Both the position numbers and the translations under genes were made by a program. Shown in pieces: positions 29,649 to 38,817 of a stretch of DNA of 64,000 nucleotides. The notes under the pieces are model-generated. The model was not told the origin of the DNA and did no database searches. It saw nothing but the letters and a program-made list of their open reading frames with translations. This DNA is from Myxococcota bacterium. GTDB lineage: Bacteria; Myxococcota_A; UBA796; SXON01. Each line of letters begins with the position of its first letter. Position 1 is the first letter of the stretch. The stretch lies in contig JAZKFH010000005.1 in NCBI GenBank assembly GCA_040386535.1, positions 38,058-102,057 of the forward strand, read 5' to 3'.

Positions 29649-30815
29649 TTAGCGCCTGGACGCCTCCGCCGCCCAAGCCACCAGCTTGGCCCGCTCCTCC
29701 TCCGTGATCTGTGTCAGGTTTCCGAGGGGCATGGTGAAGGTCGCCACCTGGGTGTGGATCAGCGCCGCCGACACCGCGGCCTGCGCCTCGCTCTCGAGGA
29801 TGAAGCCCTTCGGCGGCGCCGCGTAGCCCGCCATCGTGGGGGTGGTCGCGTGGCACGGCGTGCACCGGGCGGTCACGATGGGGGCGACCTCGGCCCATGC
29901 CACGGCGGGGCCCTCGATCCGCTTGGGGGCCATCGCCGCGATGATCACGAGCCCGCCGACCACCGCCGCGGGGATCCACGGGGTGTACGGGAGCCCCTTG
30001 CCCTTGAGGTTGAACACGTGGCGGATCACGACGCCCACGGCCCCGATCGCCGCGAGGGCGAGCCATCCCAGGGGGTTCCCGTAGGTGAACGGGAAGTGGT
30101 TGCTCACCATGATGAACAGGACGGGCAGCGTGAAGTAGTTGTTGTGGAGCGAGCGCAGGCCGCCCGCCTTGCCGGGGGCGAGATCGGGCGGCTCGCCGCG
30201 CTCGGCCGCGCCCACCATGGTGCGCTGGCTCGGGATGATGACGAAGAAGACGTTGGCCGCCATGATCGTGCCGATCAGGGCGCCGGTGTGGATGTAGGCG
30301 GCGCGGGGCGGGAGCGCCTGGAACAGGCCGTAGGCGGCGGCCACGAGCAGGGCGTAGAGGGTGAGGCCGAAGACACGCGGGTGCTTCGCGAGAGCGCTCT
30401 TGCAGAGCTGATCGTAGACGACCCAGCCCGCCACGAGCGCGCCGATGCCGACCGCCACGGCGGCGCCCGGCCCGAGAGGCCCGGCCATCCACGCCTTGGC
30501 GTCGAACCAGTACACCACCGCGAGCAGGCCGATGCCGGAGAGCCAGGTGGTGTAGGCCTCCCAGTAGAACCAGTGCAGGGTCTTCGGCAACTTCTGCAGG
30601 GTGTAGCCGTGCTTCACCGCCTGGTAGAACGCGCCGCCGTGCACCGACCACACCTCGCCCTCGATGCCCTTCCGGCCATCTTCGGGGGGGCGCACCTGGT
30701 TGTTGAGCCAGTTGAAGTAGAAGGACGCCCCGATCCACGCCGCCCCCGCGATGAGGTGCAGCCAGCGCAGGATGAGGTGGGCCCAGTCGGCGAGGTACGC
30801 TTCCATCGGGGGCAT
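29649..30815 (-). CDS. puuD: Urate hydroxylase PuuD (DUF989, membrane cytochrome c)
   Basis: RWLH.IAG.AWIG.SFYF, WSVHGG.FY, LHWF.WEAYTTW.SG, IM.ANVFF.IIP, RS.HNNYFTLPV; CxxCH (CTPCH), MPLGN.T. Confidence 0.92.
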   Translation of the reverse strand: MPPMEAYLADWAHLILRWLHLIAGAAWIGASFYFNWLNNQVRPPEDGRKGIEGEVWSVHGGAFYQAVKHGYTLQKLPKTLHWFYWEAYTTWLSGIGLLAVVYWFDAKAWMAGPLGPGAAVAVGIGALVAGWVVYDQLCKSALAKHPRVFGLTLYALLVAAAYGLFQALPPRAAYIHTGALIGTIMAANVFFVIIPSQRTMVGAAERGEPPDLAPGKAGGLRSLHNNYFTLPVLFIMVSNHFPFTYGNPLGWLALAAIGAVGVVIRHVFNLKGKGLPYTPWIPAAVVGGLVIIAAMAPKRIEGPAVAWAEVAPIVTARCTPCHATTPTMAGYAAPPKGFILESEAQAAVSAALIHTQVATFTMPLGNLTQITEEERAKLVAWAAEASRR

Positions 30816-30865
30816 TCAACCACAGGGGCGGCCATGTAGCCGGCTGGTCCCGCGGCCGGTCGGGG

Positions 30866-31357
30866 TCAGCCGCGGATCTCGAGGACCTCGAGCTCCTCTT
30901 CCCCGCGCGGCATCTGCACGCGGATCTCGTCGCCCACCTCGGCGCCGAGGGCCGCCCGCGCGATCGGCGCGAGAAAGCTGATGCGCCCCGCGGCGGGATC
31001 GGCCTCGTCGACGCCCACGATCTGCACGCGGCGCGTGTTCCCCGCGGCGTCGGAGAGCACTACGGTGCTGCCGAACACGACGCGATCGGGGTCGGCGGGG
31101 CACGGGGTCTCCACCCAGGTGCCGACACGATCCTCGAGCAGCGCGATGCGCGGCGTGATGGCGGTGGCGCGGGAGCGGGCCTCGGCGCGATCGTCCGTAC
31201 GTAGGCGCGTCCGCTCGGCGTGGAGCGCGTCGAGCTCGGCGCGGAGGCGCGCCGCGCCCGCGGGCGTGATGCGGTTCGGCACGCCCGGCGGGAGACCGAG
31301 CGGCGGGACGGGGACGGACTCCTCCCGCTCCAACTCCTTCACGAACGCACGGCTCAT
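30866..31357 (-). CDS. GreA/GreB-family elongation factor (short, MSRAFVKE type)
   Basis: ATG at 31357 with GGAGG RBS; IT..G...L, V.FG.TV, IVG.DEAD...G.IS..APIA.A.LG. Confidence 0.88.
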   Translation of the reverse strand: MSRAFVKELEREESVPVPPLGLPPGVPNRITPAGAARLRAELDALHAERTRLRTDDRAEARSRATAITPRIALLEDRVGTWVETPCPADPDRVVFGSTVVLSDAAGNTRRVQIVGVDEADPAAGRISFLAPIARAALGAEVGDEIRVQMPRGEEELEVLEIRG

Positions 31358-31474
31358 CGACCCCTCCCGCGATTGACGTAGGGCTGGACACCTTGTCCCA
31401 AGAGGATCGTAGCGCGTTTCCGTCCGCGCCCAAGCCTTGCCCCCTCGGCGGGGGCGAGGGCGATAAGGTGCCGG

Positions 31475-32815
31475 ATGCACGTGCTCTACACCCGCTTCGC
31501 CCTGGTCGACGGCGCCTTTCGCCCCGCCGCGGTGGTCCTCGACGGCGAGCTGATCACCGCCGTCCTCCCCGAGCCGCCCCCCGATCTGCCACCCGACGCG
31601 ACCGTCGAGACGCTCGACGAGGACCTGGTGCTCCTCCCCGCGCTGGTCGACACGCATGTCCACGTGAACGAGCCCGGCCGCACCGAGTGGGAGGGCTTCG
31701 AGACCGCCACGCGCGCCGCCGCGGCGGGGGGCGTCACCACCCTCGTGGACATGCCGCTGAACTCCGACCCGGTCACGACGTCCCTCGCGGCGCTCGAGAC
31801 CAAGATCGCGGCGTCCACGGGCAAGCTCCACGTCGACGTGGGGCTGTGGGGTGGCGTGGTCCCCGGCAACACCCACGAGCTCGCGCCCATGGTCGCGGCG
31901 GGCGTGTTCGGCTTCAAGTGTTTCACGTGCCCCTCGGGCATCGACGACTTTCCGCACGTGACCGAGGCCGACATGCGCGCCGCCATGGTCGCGCTCGCGC
32001 CCCTCGGCGTGCCCCTGCTCGTGCACGCGGAGCTCGAGCTGGAGGGCACCAACCCCTACGCCGACGCGTCGCCACGCGAGTACATCCGCTACCTCCACGG
32101 GCGGCCCCGCGCCTGGGAGGACGCCGCGATCGAGATGACAATTCGCCTCGTGCGGCAGACCGGCTGCCGGGCCCACATCGTGCACCTCTCGAGCGCATCC
32201 GCGCTCCCGATGATCAAGGCCGCCAAGGCCGAGGGCCTCCCCATCTCCGTCGAGACCTGCCCGCACTACCTCTGCCTGGCCGCCGAGGACGTTCCGGACG
32301 GCGACACCTCGTTCAAGTGTGCGCCGCCCATTCGCGAGGCCGCCAACCAGGAGATCCTCTGGCAGGGCCTCCGCGAGGGCGTGATCGACTTCGTCATCTC
32401 GGACCACTCGCCGTGCCTGCCCGCGCTCAAGCTGCCCGACGAGGGCGACTTCCTCCACGCGTGGGGCGGCATCGCCTCCCTCCAGCTGGGCCTCCCCAAC
32501 GTGTGGACCGCCGCCCGGCGCCGCGGCTTCGCGCTCACCGACGTGATCCGGTGGATGAGCGGCGGGCCGGCCGCCTTCCTCGGGATGGAGCGCCGCATCG
32601 TGACCGGCGCGCGCGCGGACCTCGTGGCCTTCGCCCCCGAGGCCGACGTGACGGTGTCGGCCGCGGCCATCCTGCACCGCCACACGCTCACGCCCTACCT
32701 CGGGACCGTCGTCAGCGGCGAGGTGCGCGGCACCTGGATGCGCGGGGAGCGGGTGACGGGGGAGGTGCCGCGGGGGCGGTTGTTGCGGCGGGGGGGTGGG
32801 GTGGCCGCCGGGTAG
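31475..32815 (+). CDS. allB: Allantoinase
   Basis: DTHVHVNEPGRTEWEGF, GGVTT.VDMPLNS, FKC, HAE, HIVHLS, ETCPHYL, FKCAPPIR, SDHSP, AWGGI.SLQ. Confidence 0.93.
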   Translation: MHVLYTRFALVDGAFRPAAVVLDGELITAVLPEPPPDLPPDATVETLDEDLVLLPALVDTHVHVNEPGRTEWEGFETATRAAAAGGVTTLVDMPLNSDPVTTSLAALETKIAASTGKLHVDVGLWGGVVPGNTHELAPMVAAGVFGFKCFTCPSGIDDFPHVTEADMRAAMVALAPLGVPLLVHAELELEGTNPYADASPREYIRYLHGRPRAWEDAAIEMTIRLVRQTGCRAHIVHLSSASALPMIKAAKAEGLPISVETCPHYLCLAAEDVPDGDTSFKCAPPIREAANQEILWQGLREGVIDFVISDHSPCLPALKLPDEGDFLHAWGGIASLQLGLPNVWTAARRRGFALTDVIRWMSGGPAAFLGMERRIVTGARADLVAFAPEADVTVSAAAILHRHTLTPYLGTVVSGEVRGTWMRGERVTGEVPRGRLLRRGGGVAAG

Positions 32816-32948
32816 ACCAAACGTGACCCTCCCGACTTGCGCCCGGTCCAAGGCAGCGGCGTAGCGATCGAGCGCCCGGCCCTGCCGCCGCGCCTCTACG
32901 ATCTGCACGGGGTCTTGGTTACCGCACGGCTCCCCCCACGGAGGCCGC

Positions 32949-34076
32949 GTGCGCCGAATCCCCCTGATGCTCTTCCTCGTGCTCGGCGCGTGCACGGGCA
33001 CCGATCCGGACGACAGCGGGGTCGACGCGGGTGTCGAGGACACCGACGAGAGCGGGCTCGGGACGTGGAAGGTCCCCACCTGCGAGAGCATCGTCGGCAC
33101 CGGCGCGGTGACCTTCAGCACGGACGGCGGCGCCACGCTCGTCCCGACCGCCGAGCCGCTCACCACCACCGCCTACACGACCGGCCTCGTGGCCTTCCCC
33201 GACGTGCCCGGGCGGCTCCTCGCCGTCTCCCACGACGCGCTCCTGCGCTCGGACGACGCCGGGTGCACCTGGGCGGACGTCGACACCCTGCCGATCCTCT
33301 CGCGCCTGGTGCGCGGCGCGGCGGGCACGGCCTGGGCGTGGGCGCCGAACACCGGCGCAATCGCCCGCGTCGACGCCGACGGCACCGTGACCACGCTCCC
33401 CTCCCCCACCTCCGCGGTGCTCGGGTTTGGCGCCGCGGCCGACGGCACCGTGGCGCTCGGCGGCGGCGACGGCGCGGTGTGGACCTCCACCGATGGCGGG
33501 CTGACGTGGAGCGTCCGGGGCACCGTCCCGGTGCCGAGCGGATCGGCGATGGGCTACACGATGGCCTTCGACCCGGCCGACCTCGACCACGCCGTGTTCG
33601 GGCTCGCGAGCGAGGGCGCGTTCACGACGTTCGACGGCGGGGCCACCTGGGCCCCCGCGACGGGCCTCGGGGCCACGGGCGCGAACGTGTTCACCGCCAC
33701 CATCTCGCCCGTCGATCCCGACGTCGTGTGGGCCCAGGGCATCGACTACGCCCAGAACGGCGACCCGGTCAGCCAGGGCCGCCGCATCTGGCGCTCGGAG
33801 GACGGCGGCCACAGCTTCACGACCGCGGTCGAACAGTCGGAAACCACGATCCTGCTGAACGGGCCGCTGCTGGTGGCGGACGCCGCCGACGCCGACGTCG
33901 TGTGGTTCGTGTACGGCACCTGGTACGGAAACTACGGCACCGACCTGTTCCGTTACGACCACACCGACGGGCTGACCCGGACACACAACCCCTACGACAC
34001 CGTCGGCGCCCTCACGTTCTCGCCGGCCGATCCGAAGGTGCTCTACCTGGGGCTCTCCGAAGAGCGGACGGAGTAG
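32949..34076 (+). CDS. DAIP (dispase autolysis-inducing protein)-like beta-propeller lipoprotein
   Basis: Lipobox LGAC; W..P.C....G.GAVTF.TD.GATL, RS.DAGCTW, FDPADLDHAV, GR...RS.DGG, YGTDL.RYD, recalled as matching Streptomyces DAIP. Confidence 0.75.
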   Translation: MRRIPLMLFLVLGACTGTDPDDSGVDAGVEDTDESGLGTWKVPTCESIVGTGAVTFSTDGGATLVPTAEPLTTTAYTTGLVAFPDVPGRLLAVSHDALLRSDDAGCTWADVDTLPILSRLVRGAAGTAWAWAPNTGAIARVDADGTVTTLPSPTSAVLGFGAAADGTVALGGGDGAVWTSTDGGLTWSVRGTVPVPSGSAMGYTMAFDPADLDHAVFGLASEGAFTTFDGGATWAPATGLGATGANVFTATISPVDPDVVWAQGIDYAQNGDPVSQGRRIWRSEDGGHSFTTAVEQSETTILLNGPLLVADAADADVVWFVYGTWYGNYGTDLFRYDHTDGLTRTHNPYDTVGALTFSPADPKVLYLGLSEERTE

Positions 34077-34081
34077 CGGGG

Positions 34082-35071
34082 ATGTGGCTGCTCGTGGGGT
34101 GCTCGGCGCCGGTGCTTCCTGAAGTGGACGCGCCTGCCGACGAGCCCAAGGTGGAACCAACCGTCCCCGATTCCGATGAGCCCGACTCCGAGGAGCCCGA
34201 CGAGCCCGATCCCGAGCCGATCGACACGTCGGTGACGCCCGAGCGCATCGGCGATCGCTGGCGCTTTGCCGGCGCCGACACCGTGCTGGAGATCGACCCC
34301 ACCCTCGGCGCCCGCGTCACGCGCTTCGGCGTCGGCGGCGTCGAGGTGCTCACCGGCGCGTCGGTGAACACGACCAACTTCGGCGCCACGTTCTGGACGA
34401 GCCCCCAGGCCGACTGGGGCTGGCCCCCGGTCGAGGCGATCGACTCCGCGCCCTACACCGCCACCCTCGACGGCGACACGCTCGTGCTCACGAGCGGCGC
34501 CGCGTCCCTCGGCGACACGACGGTGACCGTCGAGAAGCGCGTGTCCGTCGACACGACCGGTGTCACGCTCGCCTACACCGTGCACAACGTCGGAGACGCC
34601 GCGGTTACCCTGGCCGGCTGGGAGGTGGCGCGCGTGCCGACGGGCGGGCTCACGTTCTTCCGCGCGGGCACGTCGATGACGTCGACCGTCGGGACCTTTC
34701 CCGCCGAGGAGCGCGGCGGCATCGTGTGGTTCGACGGCGCCGCCCCGCGGAGCGGCGACACCAAGCTGGTGGCCGACGGGAGCGGCGGCTGGCTCGCCCA
34801 CGTGGTCGACGGGGTGTTGTTCGTGGAGACGTTCGCGGACATCGCCGCCCAGGATCAAGCCCCTAGCGAAGGCGAGATCGAGCTGTTCGCGGCGGAGGAT
34901 TACGTAGAGCTCGAGAACCAGGGAGCGCTCACGACGATCGCGCCCGGGGAGGGGGTGACACACACGGTGCGGTGGCTCGCCCAAACGGTGCCGGAGGGCG
35001 TGGCCGTGGGGGTGGGGAGCGAGGGGTTGGTGGGGTCGGCAGAGACGCTCAGCGGCGGCGGCGGATCGTGA
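34082..35071 (+). CDS. DUF4380/galactose-mutarotase-like lipoprotein
   Basis: MWLLVGC; GAR....., NFG.TFW.SPQ..W.WPP, EGEIEL, YVELENQG. Confidence 0.65.
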   Translation: MWLLVGCSAPVLPEVDAPADEPKVEPTVPDSDEPDSEEPDEPDPEPIDTSVTPERIGDRWRFAGADTVLEIDPTLGARVTRFGVGGVEVLTGASVNTTNFGATFWTSPQADWGWPPVEAIDSAPYTATLDGDTLVLTSGAASLGDTTVTVEKRVSVDTTGVTLAYTVHNVGDAAVTLAGWEVARVPTGGLTFFRAGTSMTSTVGTFPAEERGGIVWFDGAAPRSGDTKLVADGSGGWLAHVVDGVLFVETFADIAAQDQAPSEGEIELFAAEDYVELENQGALTTIAPGEGVTHTVRWLAQTVPEGVAVGVGSEGLVGSAETLSGGGGS

Positions 35072-35951
35072 GCATCCCCGCCACCAGCGTCGCGAGCGCG
35101 CTCCAACCGGCGCCGCTCGTCGAGCAGCCCGCGGCCGCCTCGTCCGGAGGGGCCTGCTCGTCCACCGGCGGCGCGTCCGGCCCGTCGAAGGGCCCGTCCA
35201 CCGACTCCAGGCACGCCTGGTCCTGACCGGCGAGCCAGTCCGCCCAGGTGGTCGTGTCGTAGACCGCCTCCGGGCCGCAGATCTCCCACATCTCGTCGCA
35301 GACCGTCACGGCCGGCGGCTCGGTGGCCTCGTAGTCGGGACACACCTCGCGCTCGAAGGGGCACGCGCCCTGGCTCACGACGTCGCTGCCCGCGCAGGTC
35401 TCCGCCGCGCAGGTGTTCCAGTAGGTCACCCCGTCGGCGCCGCACACCGGCGCGTAGCCGTCGTCGTCTTCGCACATGCAGTAGCTGGGCTGGATGCGCG
35501 CGAGCTCGTCGACCTTGAAGCCCTGGGCGACCGCCCACACGAGCAGGTCCGGCTCGTCCATCGTCGGCACGCGGGCAAGGTGCCAGCGGGCGTCGATCGT
35601 GTCGGCCAGCGCGCCCTCTCCGGAGGCCCGGATCAGGGCGCCTACCGCGCAGTCGCGGCCGTCGGCGTCGCGAAAGACGGGGACACGCTCTGCGGGCGCC
35701 TCGACGTTGTGGGGGAACTCCCCGGCGAGCCAGTAGCTGTGCAGGGTGTCGAGCGACGCGTCGCGGCGGGCGCGCTGATCAGCGTCGAGCGTGTCCACCG
35801 GGGCCGCGCGCAGGTCCGCCTCGACCTCGGCGAGATGCGCGCGAATGCGCCGGCGGTCGGCCTCCAGCGGCGTGACGACGCCCGTGACGACGCCGTCGGC
35901 GGCGTGGACGGGGGAGACGAGGGCGAGGGCGGTGAGGGCGAGCATGGTCAC
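35049..35951 (-). CDS. Secreted protein with Kazal-type domain and MYXO-CTERM-like tail
   Basis: Signal peptide; FPHN..P.F.D..G..CAVG.L; PVCGADGVTY.N.C Kazal motif; C-terminal GCST...hydrophobic...RRRR. Confidence 0.75.
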   Translation of the reverse strand: MTMLALTALALVSPVHAADGVVTGVVTPLEADRRRIRAHLAEVEADLRAAPVDTLDADQRARRDASLDTLHSYWLAGEFPHNVEAPAERVPVFRDADGRDCAVGALIRASGEGALADTIDARWHLARVPTMDEPDLLVWAVAQGFKVDELARIQPSYCMCEDDDGYAPVCGADGVTYWNTCAAETCAGSDVVSQGACPFEREVCPDYEATEPPAVTVCDEMWEICGPEAVYDTTTWADWLAGQDQACLESVDGPFDGPDAPPVDEQAPPDEAAAGCSTSGAGWSALATLVAGMLTIRRRR

Positions 35952-36781
35952 TCCACGCTGAGGGAGAGGGAGGTGTAGGAGCTCGTGCGCAACATGACGT
36001 GGCGATCGGGCGCGAGGGTGCCGTACCGCGTGAGCGCCCGGGTGACGGACAGCGACAGGCGTTCGCCCCCGACGGTCGCCATGGCGGCGGCAGGCACGGT
36101 GAACGCGCCGGTGTCGGGCACCTCACAATACGCGCCGGCGTCCTGGTCCGAGGAGATCTCGATCACGACGGTGGCGTACGGATCGGCCCCCTCCCACGTG
36201 ACGGGAAGCGCGCCCGCGGCCACGCTCGCTGGGTCCGAGCCGTCCGGATCCACGGGAGAGGTCACGATCATCGCCGCCGCCGGGAGCACGAAGGCCGGAT
36301 CGAACGTGAACGCGGGCACCTCGTCCCCGACGGCCGCGACCGCGAAGGTGGCGCCGAACGGCACGGGGCCCCAGTCCTCGTCGGAGAAGTACGCGCCCCT
36401 GTACAGCCCATCGATCGGCGCGAGCGGCAACGGCCGGTCCAGGCCCGCGTCGAGGAAGACCGTGCCCGCGCTCGACCACGTGGGCTCCCCCTCGTAGACC
36501 GGGGGCTCGGTCCAGACGCCACAATCGCCGAGACCGTCGAAGGGATCGACCCACGCCTGGACCCAGCCCGCCCATCCGGGCTCCCAGAAGTACGCCTCCC
36601 CCGAGAACGAGGGCTCGGGCCCGTAGATGCGCGCCGAGTGGCTCACCTGGATCCGCCCGACGATCTGGTCGTCGGGTGGCGCCTCGACCGCGCCGTAGAG
36701 CCACTCCAGCGTCGTGGGCGCGGCGGGGGTGCCCGAGTCGTCGTCGGGGGAGGCGGTGCAGGCCGCGAGGGCGAGGAGCAT
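35948..36781 (-). CDS. Hypothetical lipoprotein
   Basis: MLLALAAC lipobox; C..PD.G.FTVP motif. Confidence 0.7.
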   Translation of the reverse strand: MLLALAACTASPDDDSGTPAAPTTLEWLYGAVEAPPDDQIVGRIQVSHSARIYGPEPSFSGEAYFWEPGWAGWVQAWVDPFDGLGDCGVWTEPPVYEGEPTWSSAGTVFLDAGLDRPLPLAPIDGLYRGAYFSDEDWGPVPFGATFAVAAVGDEVPAFTFDPAFVLPAAAMIVTSPVDPDGSDPASVAAGALPVTWEGADPYATVVIEISSDQDAGAYCEVPDTGAFTVPAAAMATVGGERLSLSVTRALTRYGTLAPDRHVMLRTSSYTSLSLSVE

Positions 36782-36911
36782 CCTTCCATCCTACGGGCAT
36801 TCGGCGTGGCGAGCACCCCGGGACCGTACGAACCCTCCCGCGGCTCCGTGCCCGGAATGTGCAGAACCGCGCGGAGAGATCCGCCGCCTCGAGCGAGATA
36901 GTGGGCCCGCC

Positions 36912-38429
36912 ATGAGCACCCCCACCCCCGCCGCCGCCTTCACCGGCGCAATCGATCTCGCCTCCTCCGCCGTCGGCGGCCGCGCCCTGCTGTGCAGCGA
37001 CGACTTCTTCGCCGGCATGGAGAACCTCCTCCGTCCGGAGCCCGCGGTGTTCGATCCGAACGCCTACACCGAGCGCGGCAAGCTGATGGACGGGTGGGAG
37101 TCGCGCCGCAAGCGGGTGCCGGGGCACGACTGGTGCATCGTTCAGCTCGGCGTGCCCGGCACGGTGCGGGCCGTCGACATCGACACCGCCTTCTTCATGG
37201 GCAACCACCCGCCCTTCGCCTCGGTCGACGGCATCTTCGCCCCCGGCGCCACGCCCGAGGCCCTGCGCGACGAGCTCGCGTGGACCGAGATCGTCCCGAC
37301 GACTCCGCTCCGGCGCGGATCGCAGAACCTCGCCGCCGTCGTGACCGAGGGCGTGTGGACCCACCTGCGCCTCCACATCTACCCGGACGGCGGCGTGGCC
37401 CGGCTGCGCGCGTACGGCGAGCCCGCGCCCGTGGCCTCGTCGGAGCCGGTCGACCTCGCGTGCGCCACCAGCGGCGGCCGCGCGATCGCCTGCTCGGACG
37501 CGTTCTTCTCCTCGATGGACAACCTGCTCCTCCCCGGCCGCGCGCCGCACATGGGGAACGGCTGGGAGACACGCCGGAGCCGCCCGCCCGGCGAGGACTG
37601 GATCATCATCCAGCTCGGCCGCGCCGGCCGCATCGAGCGGATCGACGCCGACACGCACCACTTCAAGGGGAACTACCCCGACCGGTGCGCCATCGAGGCC
37701 ATCCACTGGCCCGGCGCGCCGCCCGACGCGCTCGTGCGCTCGCCCGACTGGGTGACGATCGTACCGAAAGCGAAGATGCAAGCCGACAGCGTGCACTCCT
37801 TCGTCCCGACGGAGGCCGGCCCGTGGACCCACGTGCGCCTCCGCATCTACCCGGACGGCGGCGTGTCGCGGCTCCGCGTGATCGGCACGCCCGACCCGGC
37901 CGGTCGCCCCGATGCGCTCGTCACCCGCGTCAACGAGGACACGGACCTCGCCGCCACCCTGCTCCGCTGCTGCGGATCGCGCCGCTGGGTCGCCGCGATG
38001 CAGGCGGCCGGCCCGTTTGCGAGCCGCGCGCACCTGTTCGGCGAGGCGGAACGCCAGTGGTGGCGCCTCGGCGACGGGGACTGGAAGGAGGCGTTCACCC
38101 ACCACCCGCGCATCGGGGCGGATCTCGATCAGCTCCGCGCGAAGTACGCGACCACCGCGGACTGGTCGTCGGGCGAGCAGGCCGGGCTCGCCGGCGCCAC
38201 CGACGAGGTGCTCCAGGCGCTCGTCACCGAAAATAACGCCTACGAGGCCGCTTACGGTCATATCTTCCTCGTCTGCGCCACGGGCCGATCCGCGGCGGAG
38301 ATGCTGGCGATCCTCCGCGAGCGTCTCGACAACGCCCCCACCCCCTCGGGGCGCGCCGCCGAGCTGCGCGTCGCCGCGGGCGAGCAGGTCAAGATCACCC
38401 GGTTGCGCCTGGAGAAGCTGCTGTCATGA
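36912..38429 (+). CDS. alc: Bifunctional allantoicase / OHCU decarboxylase
   Basis: Two allantoicase repeats (SDDFF, MDGWESRR, DT..F.GN.P, IYPDGGV.RLR) followed by a UraD domain (CCGS.RW, EAF..HPRIG, EQAG, N.AY...G.IF, EQ.KIT.LRL). Confidence 0.92.
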   Translation: MSTPTPAAAFTGAIDLASSAVGGRALLCSDDFFAGMENLLRPEPAVFDPNAYTERGKLMDGWESRRKRVPGHDWCIVQLGVPGTVRAVDIDTAFFMGNHPPFASVDGIFAPGATPEALRDELAWTEIVPTTPLRRGSQNLAAVVTEGVWTHLRLHIYPDGGVARLRAYGEPAPVASSEPVDLACATSGGRAIACSDAFFSSMDNLLLPGRAPHMGNGWETRRSRPPGEDWIIIQLGRAGRIERIDADTHHFKGNYPDRCAIEAIHWPGAPPDALVRSPDWVTIVPKAKMQADSVHSFVPTEAGPWTHVRLRIYPDGGVSRLRVIGTPDPAGRPDALVTRVNEDTDLAATLLRCCGSRRWVAAMQAAGPFASRAHLFGEAERQWWRLGDGDWKEAFTHHPRIGADLDQLRAKYATTADWSSGEQAGLAGATDEVLQALVTENNAYEAAYGHIFLVCATGRSAAEMLAILRERLDNAPTPSGRAAELRVAAGEQVKITRLRLEKLLS

Positions 38430-38752
38430 GCCCCCTCACCACCCACGTCCTCGACACCGCCCGCGGCCGCCCCGCCGTGGGCGTCCCCCTCACCCTGGTC
38501 GCCCCCGACGGCACCATCACCACCGACGTGACCGACGCGGACGGCCGCTGCCGCACGCTCTCCACACGCGAGGCCTTCGTGGCCGGCACGTGGTCCCTCA
38601 CGTTCGATCTCGCGACCTACTTCCGCGATCGCGACACCGACTCGTTCTACCCCTCCGCCACCATCGTGTTCGCGGTGCGCAACCCCGACGAGCACCACCA
38701 CGTGCCGCTACTCCTCTCGCCGTTCGGGTACAGCACGTACCGCGGCAGCTGA
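38426..38752 (+). CDS. uraH: 5-hydroxyisourate hydrolase (transthyretin-like)
   Basis: TTHVLDT..G.PA, TD.DGR, H.HVPLLLSPFGYSTYRGS. Confidence 0.95.
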   Translation: MSPLTTHVLDTARGRPAVGVPLTLVAPDGTITTDVTDADGRCRTLSTREAFVAGTWSLTFDLATYFRDRDTDSFYPSATIVFAVRNPDEHHHVPLLLSPFGYSTYRGS

Positions 38753-38817
38753 GCGCCCCGCATACGGGCAGGGAACGAGCGATGTCCGCCGCCGCATCCT
38801 CCGCTATGATGCCGGCG

